Under the pieces are notes generated by a model. It saw only the letters and a program-made list of their open reading frames with translations, made no database searches and was not told the DNA's origin. Source: a virus (taxonomy: Duplodnaviria > Caudoviricetes). Taken from it: a stretch of DNA of 64,000 nucleotides. Positions 18,285-28,678 of this stretch are shown here, in pieces. Numbering within the stretch: the stretch's first letter is position 1; each line of letters opens with the position of its first letter. The DNA lies in the IMG/VR virus record IMGVR_UViG_3300032254_000001, positions 160,001-224,000 of that record. One strand, written 5' to 3'. The translations under genes and the position numbers were made by a program.

Positions 18285-20549
18285 TTATATTGAACATGTG
18301 TCGCAGACTTCATCTAAGTCTGTTGTGTCTACTTCGCCCTGGCCATCAAAGGTTTGACAATAATAGAGCGTCTTCAGACCAAACTTGTATGCCAGCAACA
18401 TATCTTGTAACAATGTACTCATCGGAATCTGCTCGTCTTCAAAATGCTGCGGATTGTAAGAAGTATTAGCACTAATAGTTTGGTCAATGTACTTCTGCAA
18501 TACAGCCATTATCTGTAAGTATCCTTGTGGAGACTTTTGATCCCACAGCAATTCATACTTGTTCTTCAGTCGTCTGTACTCTGGAACTACCTGTGTAAGT
18601 ACGCCGTCCTTGCTTTGCTTAATTGAAACATAACTGCGCGGTGGTTCAATACCGTTTGTTGCATTTGCAATCTGTGCTGATGTCTCTGCAGGCATAAGCG
18701 CCATTACAGTACTGTTTCGTATGCCAGTTTTCTTTAACTGTTTACGTAAGCCTTTCCAGTCAACTTTGTTTTTGTGCTTAACAAGTTCGTCTACTTCTTT
18801 CTTGTAAGTGTCAACTGGTAGTATACCTTCGCTGTACTTTGTTTCATCGTTACCTGGGCAAGCACCAAAATCTTGTGCTAAGTCTGCGCTAGCTTTGATT
18901 AAGTAGTACGACCAATGTTGCGCCCATGTATCAACTAATTCTAATGCACTGCCATCGCTGTACTTCACATCGTGTTTAGCTAGGAAGTAAGCAAAGTTAA
19001 TAATACCTACGCCTAGTGGCCTACGTTTTTCTGTTCCCATTTGCGCTGCAATAACAGGATAGTTCTGATAGCTTAGTAAAGCATCGAGTCCACGTACTGC
19101 TAAGGTACATGCCTTTTCCATATCTTCTGGCTTCTTAAATGCACCCCAGTTCATTGCGCTTAAAGTACATAATGATATTTCGCCCTCTGGGTCTGCAATA
19201 TGTTCCAGTGGAGTCGTTGGCAATGTAATCTCTAAACATAAGTTAGACATTGTAATTGGTGCAACATCTGGCTTGAACGAACTGTGTGTATTGCAGTGGT
19301 CTACGTTCATTAAATAAATGCGGCCTGTGTCCTTACGCTCTTGCATGAACTGTTTAAATAGTTCTGCTGCCGGAATAGTCTTTTTGCGAACCTTTGTGCT
19401 ACGTTCTGCTTTTTCATACAGTTCGCGGAACTTGTCTTGGTCGCTATAGAATGCATCGTACAGACCAGGAACATCGTTAGGACTAAACAGTGTAATGTCT
19501 TCGCCTTTAATTAAACGCTCGTACATTAGCTTATTAAACTGTACGGCATAATCCATATCACGTACACGGTTCTCGTCGATGCCTTTGTTGTTTTTAAGAA
19601 CAAGTAAGTCTTCAACTTCCAAGTGCCATAATGGATAATACACTGTAGCAGAACCTTTACGTATGCCACCTTGGCTGCAACTGTTTACCGCACTTTCGAA
19701 ATACTTTAGGAACGGAACCATCCCAGTGTGGTAAGCATCCCCTCCACGTATAGGAGAACCTAGTGCGCGAATCTTGCCTACGTTAATACCAATGCCTGCA
19801 CGTTGTGACACGTACTTAACAATCGACGATGCTGTTGCATTAATGCTGTCTAAGCTATCTGCTGAGTCAATTAATACACAAGAGCTGAACTGTCGTTGCG
19901 TAGTACGCACACCAGCCATGATAGGTGTTGGCAAACTGAATTGGTGTGTACTGATTGCGTCGTAATATTCTTTAGCCCAATGCAAGCGAACTTCTTTCGG
20001 ATAGTGTGCAAACAATGAAACAGCGATCAAAGCATAAGCGATCTGCGGTGTTTCGTATATTTGTTTTGTTACCCTGTTCTGTACTAGGTACTTGCCACGC
20101 ATCTGTTCCATAGCTGCATATGTAAGGGATTCATCACGATCGTGCTTAATAAAGTTATTAATGGTATCCCATTCGTCATCATCGTAATTTGTACCTAAAT
20201 CAGCATCATACAGACCAAGCTCAATGTTTTGATCTACTAGCTGTTTAACGTGCCATGGCTTAAATGATCCATATACTCCCTTGCGGAGATGATAAGCAAT
20301 TAGTCTGCCAGCAACATGTTGATAGTTTGGAGTCTCTTCACTAATCAAATCAGCTGCTGACTTAATTAATGTTTCCTGTATCTCTGATGTTTTTATTTTG
20401 TTGTAAAATTGAATGTGACTTCGTATTTCTACTTCACTTGCTGATGTACCTGTTGTTGCTTCCGTTGCCCAAAGTGTTACTTTGTGTAGCTTCTCAATGT
20501 CGAGCGGCTCGACTTGACCATTGCGTTTGGTCACTAATATTTCAGACAT
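18285..20549 (-). CDS. nrdA: class Ia ribonucleotide reductase alpha subunit with ATP cone (start corrected to 20549)
   Basis: VTKRNG ATP cone, FSSCVL, SNLCLEI, LMPAETS, C-terminal CDTC; no intron or intein. Confidence 0.97.
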   Translation of the reverse strand: MSEILVTKRNGQVEPLDIEKLHKVTLWATEATTGTSASEVEIRSHIQFYNKIKTSEIQETLIKSAADLISEETPNYQHVAGRLIAYHLRKGVYGSFKPWHVKQLVDQNIELGLYDADLGTNYDDDEWDTINNFIKHDRDESLTYAAMEQMRGKYLVQNRVTKQIYETPQIAYALIAVSLFAHYPKEVRLHWAKEYYDAISTHQFSLPTPIMAGVRTTQRQFSSCVLIDSADSLDSINATASSIVKYVSQRAGIGINVGKIRALGSPIRGGDAYHTGMVPFLKYFESAVNSCSQGGIRKGSATVYYPLWHLEVEDLLVLKNNKGIDENRVRDMDYAVQFNKLMYERLIKGEDITLFSPNDVPGLYDAFYSDQDKFRELYEKAERSTKVRKKTIPAAELFKQFMQERKDTGRIYLMNVDHCNTHSSFKPDVAPITMSNLCLEITLPTTPLEHIADPEGEISLCTLSAMNWGAFKKPEDMEKACTLAVRGLDALLSYQNYPVIAAQMGTEKRRPLGVGIINFAYFLAKHDVKYSDGSALELVDTWAQHWSYYLIKASADLAQDFGACPGNDETKYSEGILPVDTYKKEVDELVKHKNKVDWKGLRKQLKKTGIRNSTVMALMPAETSAQIANATNGIEPPRSYVSIKQSKDGVLTQVVPEYRRLKNKYELLWDQKSPQGYLQIMAVLQKYIDQTISANTSYNPQHFEDEQIPMSTLLQDMLLAYKFGLKTLYYCQTFDGQGEVDTTDLDEVCDTCSI

Positions 20550-21000
20550 TTTTATCCTTCTTCTTTTTCTTATTCCACCTAGCCTTTTGCGATGCTGCAA
20601 TTGCGGCCTTGTGTTCTTGAGACATTGCTCCTATTTTCCGACCTTTTGTTGCCGCGGAAAGTTTTGCTTTATGCTCTGGAGTAAAAGGCTTTCGCTTAAC
20701 TCCAACTCTACTGTTTGCTATTTTCTTTTTAGTTTCTTCTGAATGTGTATATCCAAAAACTCTACCACCAACTCTAATAAAATTGCCGGTGGTTGCGTCA
20801 CCACGCAACCGATGTATAGAAACATGGTCATCTGGGTGAAGTGCAATTAAATTTCGCGGATGATGTGCGCGTGGGTCGTCTTTAAAAAGACTTTTTGGTT
20901 TTATGTGGTGTACATGAAACCCCTTAGGAATATTCCAATCCGGATAAAATTGGCGCCAGTATTGAATAAGATTTTTACGATAATTAGTCGGATGATACAT
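20542..21000 (-). mobile_element. free-standing HNH homing endonuclease with NUMOD3-like repeats
   Basis: HVHHIKP...NLIALHPDDH; HSEETKKKI; overlaps nrdA start. Confidence 0.85.
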
Positions 21001-21013
21001 ACCGATATTTATA

Positions 21014-21445
21014 TTATCTCAATAATGGTTTTAAATTCTCACAATCAAACGTAAATTTAACACGAAGATCAGACTGATCTGCGGTGATTGATCCCGGCTC
21101 ATCATTTAATGTGTACTGACCTTTATTAACTTGCACCAGCGTGTAGTTGTCGGTCTGTACCATATGCAGAGAGTTTATATCTTCGTGCTGTACTAGTAGG
21201 ATAGTATAACATAAGCCAAGACATTTAGCAACATCACAATAGGCGGGCTGAGCCAGAAGATCCCACGGAAGTGGCCAATTGTCAGGGTCAGTAAAATGAA
21301 TTGTGTTATTCACGATTGGTGCTGTATCCCACCAATCGTGTATCAAAGTTAGGGCTTCGTCAAGTGGTAGTTCAGAAGCTTGGGTTCTTAAGTCGGACCA
21401 TTCTCTAAGAAGGTTAGTATAATCGGTAGTCCACATATTATACAA
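21014..21445 (-). CDS. conserved hypothetical phage protein
   Basis: 143 aa; ATGA overlap with upstream gene. Confidence 0.7.
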   Translation of the reverse strand: MYNMWTTDYTNLLREWSDLRTQASELPLDEALTLIHDWWDTAPIVNNTIHFTDPDNWPLPWDLLAQPAYCDVAKCLGLCYTILLVQHEDINSLHMVQTDNYTLVQVNKGQYTLNDEPGSITADQSDLRVKFTFDCENLKPLLR

Positions 21446-23303
21446 ACTTCTCTATAGAGTAGTTAAGAATTGCGGTTTCCCCTGCGGTTGTTGTAAATTG
21501 GAATTCAGACGAAGTATCAGCACCCGGGCTAGTTACACTAAGAACTACACCAGTGTCACCAGACTCTGTGTATTCATCATTGTATAGCACTGCTGAACCG
21601 TCATTAGAAACACATATAGTTCCCATTCTAGTTTCAAAGTTAAGACCTACGCTACGCTTAATATTGTAGTCTACTTTATACGAGTTCACATCAGTGTCAT
21701 TCATTACAAAGATTGATTTAGGTACAGTTATGTTGTCAGGTACTTCACATTCAATACCAATTTGTCTTTCATATGAACCTAAGTGAATTGAGTGTGTACC
21801 ATCAATTGCAATACCACCATTGCCTGCAAGGGAGATACGAGAGAATGTACTTTCGTCCTCACGAGAGAATAAATCACCAACACTAGTGCATTGGTCTGTG
21901 TCGAATCTAATAACTGGGGATACTGCGACAGCTCCAAGATTGTTACCAACATTATAAAATACGTTATAGCCTGAGCTGTTAAACAATGTATTATGGAAAT
22001 GTATTCCTTCAAATGCAATGTTATCAAATATGTTACGTGATACAACTACACCAGTTGGACCTGGATCATCCATTGATACAACTGTACCTGTACCAGTTAA
22101 CGGACCACTTGCTGTAAATGTTTCGCCGCGACGGTTAAATGTTGCTGCTGGAGTGAAATCTGTTGTTCCAATTTCGATAATTTTATATCTGCCGTTTAAT
22201 TCTAATGCTGTTGCTTGGATAAGATCATTGTGTATATGTACGCCCTGGTAGTGGAAATCTAATCCACTGTTCTCTAATACAACGCCTCGTGCTTCGCCAG
22301 CTACTCTAAGGCCGTATGTTGTGCCATGTGTATCAAGTTTAGTCATTGTAACATCATTAGTTGGTGCTACACTGCTGGCTATTTCAACTGCTGATGTTCT
22401 GTAACCAAGTGATGTTGCATCTGTGTTAGGACCATGCAAGCCTAAGTAATTAAAGCCACTATTTGTAACACTGTCTAATTTTAAAAGTGTGTTCTCTTCT
22501 GTTGAGTAAATTGCCATAGAAGTTAACTCAATACCAGTCGGTGCTTCTGCGCCATTGTTGCCAATGTTTGCACCTGTTTGTTGTAAGCTGTCTGATGTTT
22601 CAACTACTTGTTCTGTTACGCCACGTACTAGACCTGCGCCTACACCTGCTGCGGTTGCAGTAAACACGATATCAACTGTGTTAGATGCTGCGCCAATTGA
22701 TGTGAAGTCCGAACCGTTAATAGCTGATATTGCATAACGTGTACCTGGTACAATATCTGTAATAAGAACATCGTCTGCGCTAACAAACTTAATAATAGAA
22801 CTTGTTAAGCCTTCGCCCCATAGTCTAGCATGTGGAGGTACTTTGATTGTTTCAGATACTTTGTAAGTTCCTGCTGGGAAGAATAAACTACGTCTAACTT
22901 CAACGTTTGATTCACGACAAAATAATTCGTACAATGCTCTGTTAATTGCATCTGTGTCGTCTGTTTCACCGTCGCCAACTGCGCCGAAATCTTTAACACT
23001 AGCTATGTCATCAAACTTACCTTGCAAGCTTCGAACAATTGCTTCTTCGTTTTCACCAGTGCCAACAACATATCCTGCTGCCTCACCTTTGTATGTGTAC
23101 GTAGACGACAATGCTAAAATATCACTGAATTCTGTTAATATTTCTGTGTTGCCAATTACTGGTGCGCCGTCTACTAGTGTACCATTACCGATAAACAATC
23201 TACGTTCATCAAGTACCCAACCAAACTCTGCTCCAGCTAATTGTGGAAGGTTTTCACTTAAACCTTTTCTGTGAGTTATTCTAGACAATTGCAGGATCGC
23301 GAT
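21438..23303 (-). CDS. pectate-lyase-like beta-helix tail spike/fibre; probable AUC start at 23303
   Basis: SVKDFGAVGDGETDDTDAINRA, LFFPAGTY; AAGGAG SD 8 nt before ATC GCG ATC CTG CAA TTG. Confidence 0.8.
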   Translation of the reverse strand: MAILQLSRITHRKGLSENLPQLAGAEFGWVLDERRLFIGNGTLVDGAPVIGNTEILTEFSDILALSSTYTYKGEAAGYVVGTGENEEAIVRSLQGKFDDIASVKDFGAVGDGETDDTDAINRALYELFCRESNVEVRRSLFFPAGTYKVSETIKVPPHARLWGEGLTSSIIKFVSADDVLITDIVPGTRYAISAINGSDFTSIGAASNTVDIVFTATAAGVGAGLVRGVTEQVVETSDSLQQTGANIGNNGAEAPTGIELTSMAIYSTEENTLLKLDSVTNSGFNYLGLHGPNTDATSLGYRTSAVEIASSVAPTNDVTMTKLDTHGTTYGLRVAGEARGVVLENSGLDFHYQGVHIHNDLIQATALELNGRYKIIEIGTTDFTPAATFNRRGETFTASGPLTGTGTVVSMDDPGPTGVVVSRNIFDNIAFEGIHFHNTLFNSSGYNVFYNVGNNLGAVAVSPVIRFDTDQCTSVGDLFSREDESTFSRISLAGNGGIAIDGTHSIHLGSYERQIGIECEVPDNITVPKSIFVMNDTDVNSYKVDYNIKRSVGLNFETRMGTICVSNDGSAVLYNDEYTESGDTGVVLSVTSPGADTSSEFQFTTTAGETAILNYSIEKFV

Positions 23304-23308
23304 ATGCC

Positions 23309-24085
23309 TTACTCCTTTTCAAACCAAACCCGCGTACCGTCTACGAGTTTCCATGTTTTGCCTTTGCAAGCTACATTCTTATGCCCAATTTTTCTTTTAT
23401 CTGTGTACGGGGGCAACTGTGGATCTCCATCTTTGCGGAATCTCCATCCTTTCGGCGATTTGCCATAATTTTTAGATTCAGGGTTTGCTACACTTGATGC
23501 ATACCCATCATCAACATTGTTATTTATGCACCATTCTTTTAAGTTAAGTACATAAAATTCGTTAATTGAATTATCTTTTTTGCTAACCCACCAACCCTTA
23601 CATCTCTTAAGTGATTGGCGTTTGTGCATTGCTGTTTGTTCTTCTCTACTTAGCGACTTAAACCACTTAGTGGCTCCGGCAAAACTATCTGATTGGTTCC
23701 CACGCTTTTTGTATATCTTATTTATTTCTTCTTGAGTCTTAAAATTACTCCAGTGGAAATTCTTATATCTTTGCTTAATACGCTCATATGTATGTGATGA
23801 AAATTTATTTTTACCATTAAACATTCTAACAAGTGCATAAAACATCTTAGACCTATTTTCGCTAACCGTTGCTTTTTCTAACAATAAATGACATACAAAA
23901 TGCTCGCGATATGTTAGATGCACACCGTTCCAATTGTATTCTTTAAGATTTGCGTACTCGGGAAATATAGATTCAGGTAGAATGTGATGATGCTCTGTCT
24001 TACCTTTAATTTGTTTGTCGCTGGCCTTCAGAATAATACCTAAATACCAACGATAATACTTATTGTCTATAAATTCATTGATCAT
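23309..24085 (-). mobile_element. free-standing HNH homing endonuclease
   Basis: YYRWYLGII...EHHHILPES...LTYREHFVCHLLL. Confidence 0.8.
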
Positions 24086-24102
24086 ATTACTATTTATGGC
24101 TT

Positions 24103-24789
24103 TTACATCTCAAAGTATTGTTCTACTCGGTTCCACCAGCGTCTACGGTGCTTATCAAAGTCTTCTAAGTCAATAATAAACTCCTGGTATTCAAAGTCCT
24201 TGCTACACATCATAATAACACCCTTGCGAATGTTAGTGCCGTAAAGTGCATTATGAGCTTCGCCATAGGCTGCAAGCTGTAAGTAGTAGTCCTGAATCCA
24301 TTCTTCTTTCTTAGGTTTATTGGTTTGCTTAAAGTCAATAATAGCTTCGCCACCTTTGTGTACACCGACGCAATCTGTTGTACCTGCATAGATGTTCGGA
24401 TGACAAACTGGAACTTCTGTTCCCCATATTTCATCTACATTAATCATGCCTTTGTCGATGATAATGCTTGCCATGTGGTTAGCTTGCTTTGCATATGGAT
24501 TTGAACCTGGGATAGCGAGCTCGTCTGTTATGCAATAGTCTTCAAGGTATTTGTGCATACGAGTGCCACGACTAGCTGCTTCGGTTGTTATTGCCTGCGC
24601 TCGTTGAGCACCGACATTCTTGCGCCAATTCGCTAATGCTTCGCGGTCGTCTGCTGGTTTGGTTTTGTCTAGTACTGTTGTGACGGACGGCATAGGTGCG
24701 TATTCTGCACTACCTTCAAGTAGGTAATGTCGCTTGCCGTTTACGTTTTGTCGTTTAAGGGATTTGTAATCGTATTTCTGAGTTATCAT
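24103..24789 (-). CDS. PD-(D/E)XK exonuclease (Cas4/MGME1-like phage family)
   Basis: PSVTTVL, GTRMH, AGTTDC, IIDFKQ, YYLQLAAY. Confidence 0.88.
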   Translation of the reverse strand: MITQKYDYKSLKRQNVNGKRHYLLEGSAEYAPMPSVTTVLDKTKPADDREALANWRKNVGAQRAQAITTEAASRGTRMHKYLEDYCITDELAIPGSNPYAKQANHMASIIIDKGMINVDEIWGTEVPVCHPNIYAGTTDCVGVHKGGEAIIDFKQTNKPKKEEWIQDYYLQLAAYGEAHNALYGTNIRKGVIMMCSKDFEYQEFIIDLEDFDKHRRRWWNRVEQYFEM

Positions 24790-24795
24790 CTAGCT

Positions 24796-24824
24796 AGTAT
24801 AGCAAAGATGATATTTTATGTCAA
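24796..24824 (-). promoter_or_regulatory. sigma70 promoter; -10 box 6 nt from the ATG (leaderless)
   Basis: TTGACA-N17-TATACT-agctag-ATG. Confidence 0.8.
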
Positions 24825-25048
24825 CCGCGTACTTGTGCGTTCATGTATGAAGTGTACAGCCCTTTAAGTTCTTCAAATGACTGTTGTATGTCTTCGATGT
24901 CACCATCTGTAATTGAACTATCAAGCATTTCAATCTCATCTCTAAGTCCACGCATTAAAGATCTAAGCATATCATCGCTACTTCTAAATGTCATGTTTTC
25001 TTTAATTTGTTCTGGCATGTGTTGTTTTATAAAATCTAAATCATCCAT
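24821..25048 (-). CDS. small acidic protein
   Basis: TAATG-coupled; MDDLDFIK N-terminus resembles that of 59039-59272. Confidence 0.65.
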   Translation of the reverse strand: MDDLDFIKQHMPEQIKENMTFRSSDDMLRSLMRGLRDEIEMLDSSITDGDIEDIQQSFEELKGLYTSYMNAQVRG

Positions 25049-25644
25049 TACTTTTTAATTCCTTTATTTGCTGCACGTTTTGCCATACCGTCAACTACTC
25101 TTTTAGCTTTATCGACTGACATTTGACCTGGATCAACTTCTCCCTGGCCTTTGAAATGAACTTCTTCTTCGTTAGCATCTTTAATAATACTTTCGAGGCT
25201 ACCTTTTTCAATAAGATCAAACAATGTATCTTTAGTTAATGGAAGTCCCATCTTGTTTACAATACCAATAAATGCTTCGGTACTAAGCTTTGATGGAGAG
25301 TTTTCATCTTCTGTACGATCTGCAATCAACTGACTAATAGCTGCAATCTGGTCTTCGTTCTCAGCTTCTTCTTCAGTAATCTTATTCATTAACTGACGCA
25401 TGTCTGGATACTTGCTTTCGTTTGTTGCACTGTGGTCTGCGACGTCAATCTTTTGTCCACAATGATTGCACGGTTGCATAGGATAGTAATGCGATGCATG
25501 AGAACGCATATCGGTATATGCAAATACAGGTTTTGCTTTTGATGGATCGATTTTGTTATGCACACCACAATTCCCACACTCAAACGAGCCTGTCTTTGTT
25601 TTATGTATAACTGGTTCCGGTAACTTGTACTTGCCTTCGTTCAT
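25048..25644 (-). CDS. zinc-ribbon plus helical-domain protein
   Basis: CGNCG...CNHCG; coupled to neighbours. Confidence 0.7.
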   Translation of the reverse strand: MNEGKYKLPEPVIHKTKTGSFECGNCGVHNKIDPSKAKPVFAYTDMRSHASHYYPMQPCNHCGQKIDVADHSATNESKYPDMRQLMNKITEEEAENEDQIAAISQLIADRTEDENSPSKLSTEAFIGIVNKMGLPLTKDTLFDLIEKGSLESIIKDANEEEVHFKGQGEVDPGQMSVDKAKRVVDGMAKRAANKGIKK

Positions 25645-26057
25645 TACTGGCCGCCCATTTCCTGTTTGATAGCTTCGTATTCGTCCATTAACTCTTCAAT
25701 TAACGAACCAATGTTTTTATCATTCGATGCAAACTCTTCAGAGCCAGCTACAATAGATAGTTGGGCTAAGCCGTATGACTTCCAGTACGAATGTTGGCGT
25801 GGAGCATATGCACGAATTGCATCATTTAAACGTTCTATAACTTCGAATAGTTCTTGCTGTATGCCCTGGAACTCGTCAATGCCATCACGCATATTTTCAA
25901 GTTCGTTTTCTAGCTGACCTAAATTGTCAGGAGCTTCTTCAAGTTCAGTGTATGTTTCAACAACTTCTTCTGCTTCAGCACCAATACAAAACGGATCGTC
26001 TGATTCTTCAATAGCTTTCATTTTATCAAAAGCTTCATTAAGTATTTTATCTGACAT
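25644..26057 (-). CDS. acidic coiled-coil candidate internal head protein
   Basis: MSDKILNEAF N-terminus. Confidence 0.7.
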   Translation of the reverse strand: MSDKILNEAFDKMKAIEESDDPFCIGAEAEEVVETYTELEEAPDNLGQLENELENMRDGIDEFQGIQQELFEVIERLNDAIRAYAPRQHSYWKSYGLAQLSIVAGSEEFASNDKNIGSLIEELMDEYEAIKQEMGGQ

Positions 26058-26332
26058 TAATCTTCTCCTCGTACTTGCATTTCCAATCCTGGAAGTGTGT
26101 CACCAAGATCATCCATTAGAGCTGAGAGCCTAGCTTGGATTGCCTTGCGATCACCATCATAACCTAGCGCATCCATTTGACGGCCAAGCTGCCCTAATTC
26201 AAGGCGCTCATACATAGCTTCCGTGTTATCAAAAAGCTTAGCCAATGCTCTAAAAACCATCTTATCTGCATTGCCTTCTTCTTCGAGCTGGGATAGTCTA
26301 TTAAAAGCTTCATTAAGTATTTTATCTGACAT
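26028..26332. repeat. identical 30-nt direct repeat (26028-26057, 26303-26332) covering the first 10 codons of two adjacent genes
   Basis: aaaagcttcattaagtattttatctgacat occurs twice. Confidence 0.92.
26057..26332 (-). CDS. small candidate internal head protein
   Basis: MSDKILNEAF N-terminus. Confidence 0.7.
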   Translation of the reverse strand: MSDKILNEAFNRLSQLEEEGNADKMVFRALAKLFDNTEAMYERLELGQLGRQMDALGYDGDRKAIQARLSALMDDLGDTLPGLEMQVRGED

Positions 26333-26333
26333 A

Positions 26334-27248
26334 TTAACGACGCTCGCGACCTAAGTCGATTTCCTCGTCGTCTGCTTCAAGATCTAAATCAAACTCATCG
26401 CCGCCTAGTTCATCGCCACCAAGCTCGTCGCCCATGTCGCCCATGCCTAAGTCTAGTTCTTCTTCGCCGCCCATTTCATCACCGCCGTCGAATGAGTCTA
26501 AGTCTAAATCGCCATCACCCATTGCTACTTCTTGTCCAGTTAACGATGCTACTGCATTGTTAACATCGCCTTTAGCCTGTTCAAGTGAAGAAGTTAATGC
26601 GTCAAGTGAAGAGCTAACCGAAGTGTTAAATGATTCTGCTGACTCTACACCTTGTGCATCACGGATGCTATCGTGTAATGCTGGTAATGATTTGTACTTA
26701 ATGTCTGCAAACTTTTCAATCATTGACTGAATTTGATCTGCGATATCTTGTGCTGCAATTGTGGTTTGAGCCTGTCCGATTTCATTTTCCAAAAGTTTCT
26801 TAGCTTTCTTGCTTTCAACAATCTTCTTCATGAAAGTTTGTGCTGTCTTTTGGTTGCGTAGGACTGATTGCATATCTTCTGATATACGTAGTGCTTGCAA
26901 TTGACCTTCTGAAAGAGTGCCACCTAATGCAGCAATCTTAAGAGCTTTGTTTAATAATTTGTTGTTCATTTCAGATTCCTGTATTTGTTTGCTTGTAGTT
27001 AGTTCTGCTGCTCTTTTATCAGCTGCCTCGTTTACCATAAGCAATTTCATATACGATGCGTTATTTTCGCTCGAATATAGATCGTTCTTCTGCTTAAACT
27101 CAACAAGCAACTTGTCTGTGTTATTAAGAAGCTTAACCGACTCTTTCAAGTTCAGTTTTTCTATGTTATAATTAGTACCAAATTGGGCTTTAATTAAATC
27201 AGCAACTGCCGTGGCGTCCACTGGTTTTGATAAGTCATCTAAGTTCAT
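26334..27248 (-). CDS. putative prohead core/scaffold protein
   Basis: Helical with IxE/LxE sites; GGDEL acidic repeats; late promoter 27275-27280. Confidence 0.5.
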   Translation of the reverse strand: MNLDDLSKPVDATAVADLIKAQFGTNYNIEKLNLKESVKLLNNTDKLLVEFKQKNDLYSSENNASYMKLLMVNEAADKRAAELTTSKQIQESEMNNKLLNKALKIAALGGTLSEGQLQALRISEDMQSVLRNQKTAQTFMKKIVESKKAKKLLENEIGQAQTTIAAQDIADQIQSMIEKFADIKYKSLPALHDSIRDAQGVESAESFNTSVSSSLDALTSSLEQAKGDVNNAVASLTGQEVAMGDGDLDLDSFDGGDEMGGEEELDLGMGDMGDELGGDELGGDEFDLDLEADDEEIDLGRERR

Positions 27249-27303
27249 GTGAGTTCATTCCTCTAATTTGTATGTATTTAGCCGATTTAGTCAAAATGAA
27301 TAA

Positions 27304-27774
27304 TTACTTGTTTCTGCGCTTTTTGAGCTTAAGAGCCTTGGCGCTGTCTACGCATCCTGCTAGTTGTTTCTTAAAAATTTGTCTGTTGTTGATGTCTTCT
27401 GTTAACCGTGCTAATAATATTGCTCGGTCATCTAGCTTATTAACATGTTCCAGCATATGAGTTAATACGTCAACATCAATCTGCTTTGCATTAACTTGTG
27501 AATCAAGGAATTGCATCTTGTTTGCTAAAACGTGGTTGCCTGCTTTACATGCAATACACCATGCTAGTGCCACTTTAGCTGTATTGAAGATTAATGGTTC
27601 GTCCCCTAACAGTGTAGTAACTTGCCAGCCCAGTGGAGTCTCCTCAATTGAGTAAGCACCGTAGGCTTGATATGTATTACCTTTCTGTATAATGATCTGC
27701 TGTTCTAGATCATCTTGTGTCAATGTTTTGTTGGCTATTCTGCGTAGGGATTTACTAACGTCTTTATACTTCAT
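27304..27774 (-). CDS. hypothetical protein
   Basis: 156 aa; overlaps upstream stop. Confidence 0.7.
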   Translation of the reverse strand: MKYKDVSKSLRRIANKTLTQDDLEQQIIIQKGNTYQAYGAYSIEETPLGWQVTTLLGDEPLIFNTAKVALAWCIACKAGNHVLANKMQFLDSQVNAKQIDVDVLTHMLEHVNKLDDRAILLARLTEDINNRQIFKKQLAGCVDSAKALKLKKRRNK

Positions 27775-28174
27775 AGGTTTCGAACCTCATGTTCGGTGCA
27801 TAGTTTTCATTAGTTAATTCTAAATCTTTCTTTTCATCTAAGCCTGTCAGCAGTGGCACATTTTCAATATCTTCTTGTAACAACCCTAACGGGTTGCCAT
27901 TCTTTCTGAATACATCAATATGCTCGATGTCAAACTCAAGAGTCCAATCTAACTCATTAACAATCGTACGGATGTTATATGGTTGAGTACGCAACGAAAT
28001 AATTTGAATTAGAGTTTCCCAGTTTGTTTGCTGGCGCCTGCAATGAATCCATTCTTCTTCTGTATGGATTAGCTGTCCGTTAATTTTTGCTGGTAATAAA
28101 TTCTTTTTAAAGTTACGCACCACACCTGTATTTGTTATATCAAAGTCTGTATGAATCTTGATGTGTTGTGGCAT
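27764..28174 (-). CDS. hypothetical protein (leaderless late)
   Basis: TAAATA 4 nt before ATG. Confidence 0.7.
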   Translation of the reverse strand: MPQHIKIHTDFDITNTGVVRNFKKNLLPAKINGQLIHTEEEWIHCRRQQTNWETLIQIISLRTQPYNIRTIVNELDWTLEFDIEHIDVFRKNGNPLGLLQEDIENVPLLTGLDEKKDLELTNENYAPNMRFETYEV

Positions 28175-28206
28175 GTTGTATTTAACTAGCTAGAAACTCA
28201 GGCCAT

Positions 28207-28235
28207 AAAAAAGCCCCTAATGAAAGAGGCTTTTT
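28207..28235 (-). terminator. rho-independent terminator
   Basis: AAAAAGCCTCT-TTCATT-AGGGGCTTTTTT. Confidence 0.85.
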
Positions 28236-28253
28236 AATAATACTAAGTTATAC

Positions 28254-28598
28254 TTAGATTGCGAAAGCTGCTACTGTTTCACCAGTTAATTCAGCTAACT
28301 TCTCATAGATAGTCATATCATATGTGTTCTGACCAGCTGACTTATACTTGTCGCCAACTGCATCAACACCTTCGATGATCATGTTAACTTCTGTATCTGT
28401 TGCTGCGAAAGCACCAACTACTGAAATTGTGCAAATAGTTTCAATTGCTAAAACTGCTGCATCAAGCTCAGGCCATGCTGCTGTTACGCCAGCGCCTGCT
28501 GGTGCTGCTGTCATTGCTGATACGTTAATACCTACAATAGTACGACCAAAAAATTGATCTGCTTCTGTATAACCGTTTACTTTTGTTACGCCTGCCAT
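28254..28598 (-). CDS. small, probably abundant virion protein (own promoter and terminator)
   Basis: Late promoter 28647-28652, AGGAGA SD, A/T/V-rich, dedicated terminator. Confidence 0.6.
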   Translation of the reverse strand: MAGVTKVNGYTEADQFFGRTIVGINVSAMTAAPAGAGVTAAWPELDAAVLAIETICTISVVGAFAATDTEVNMIIEGVDAVGDKYKSAGQNTYDMTIYEKLAELTGETVAAFAI

Positions 28599-28678
28599 TT
28601 TAATTCTCCTAATTTATGTGGGTGTCTTATGTTATCCCGTTGTAATTATTTATCTCTCTTGGAAGATTTTTAATCGTT

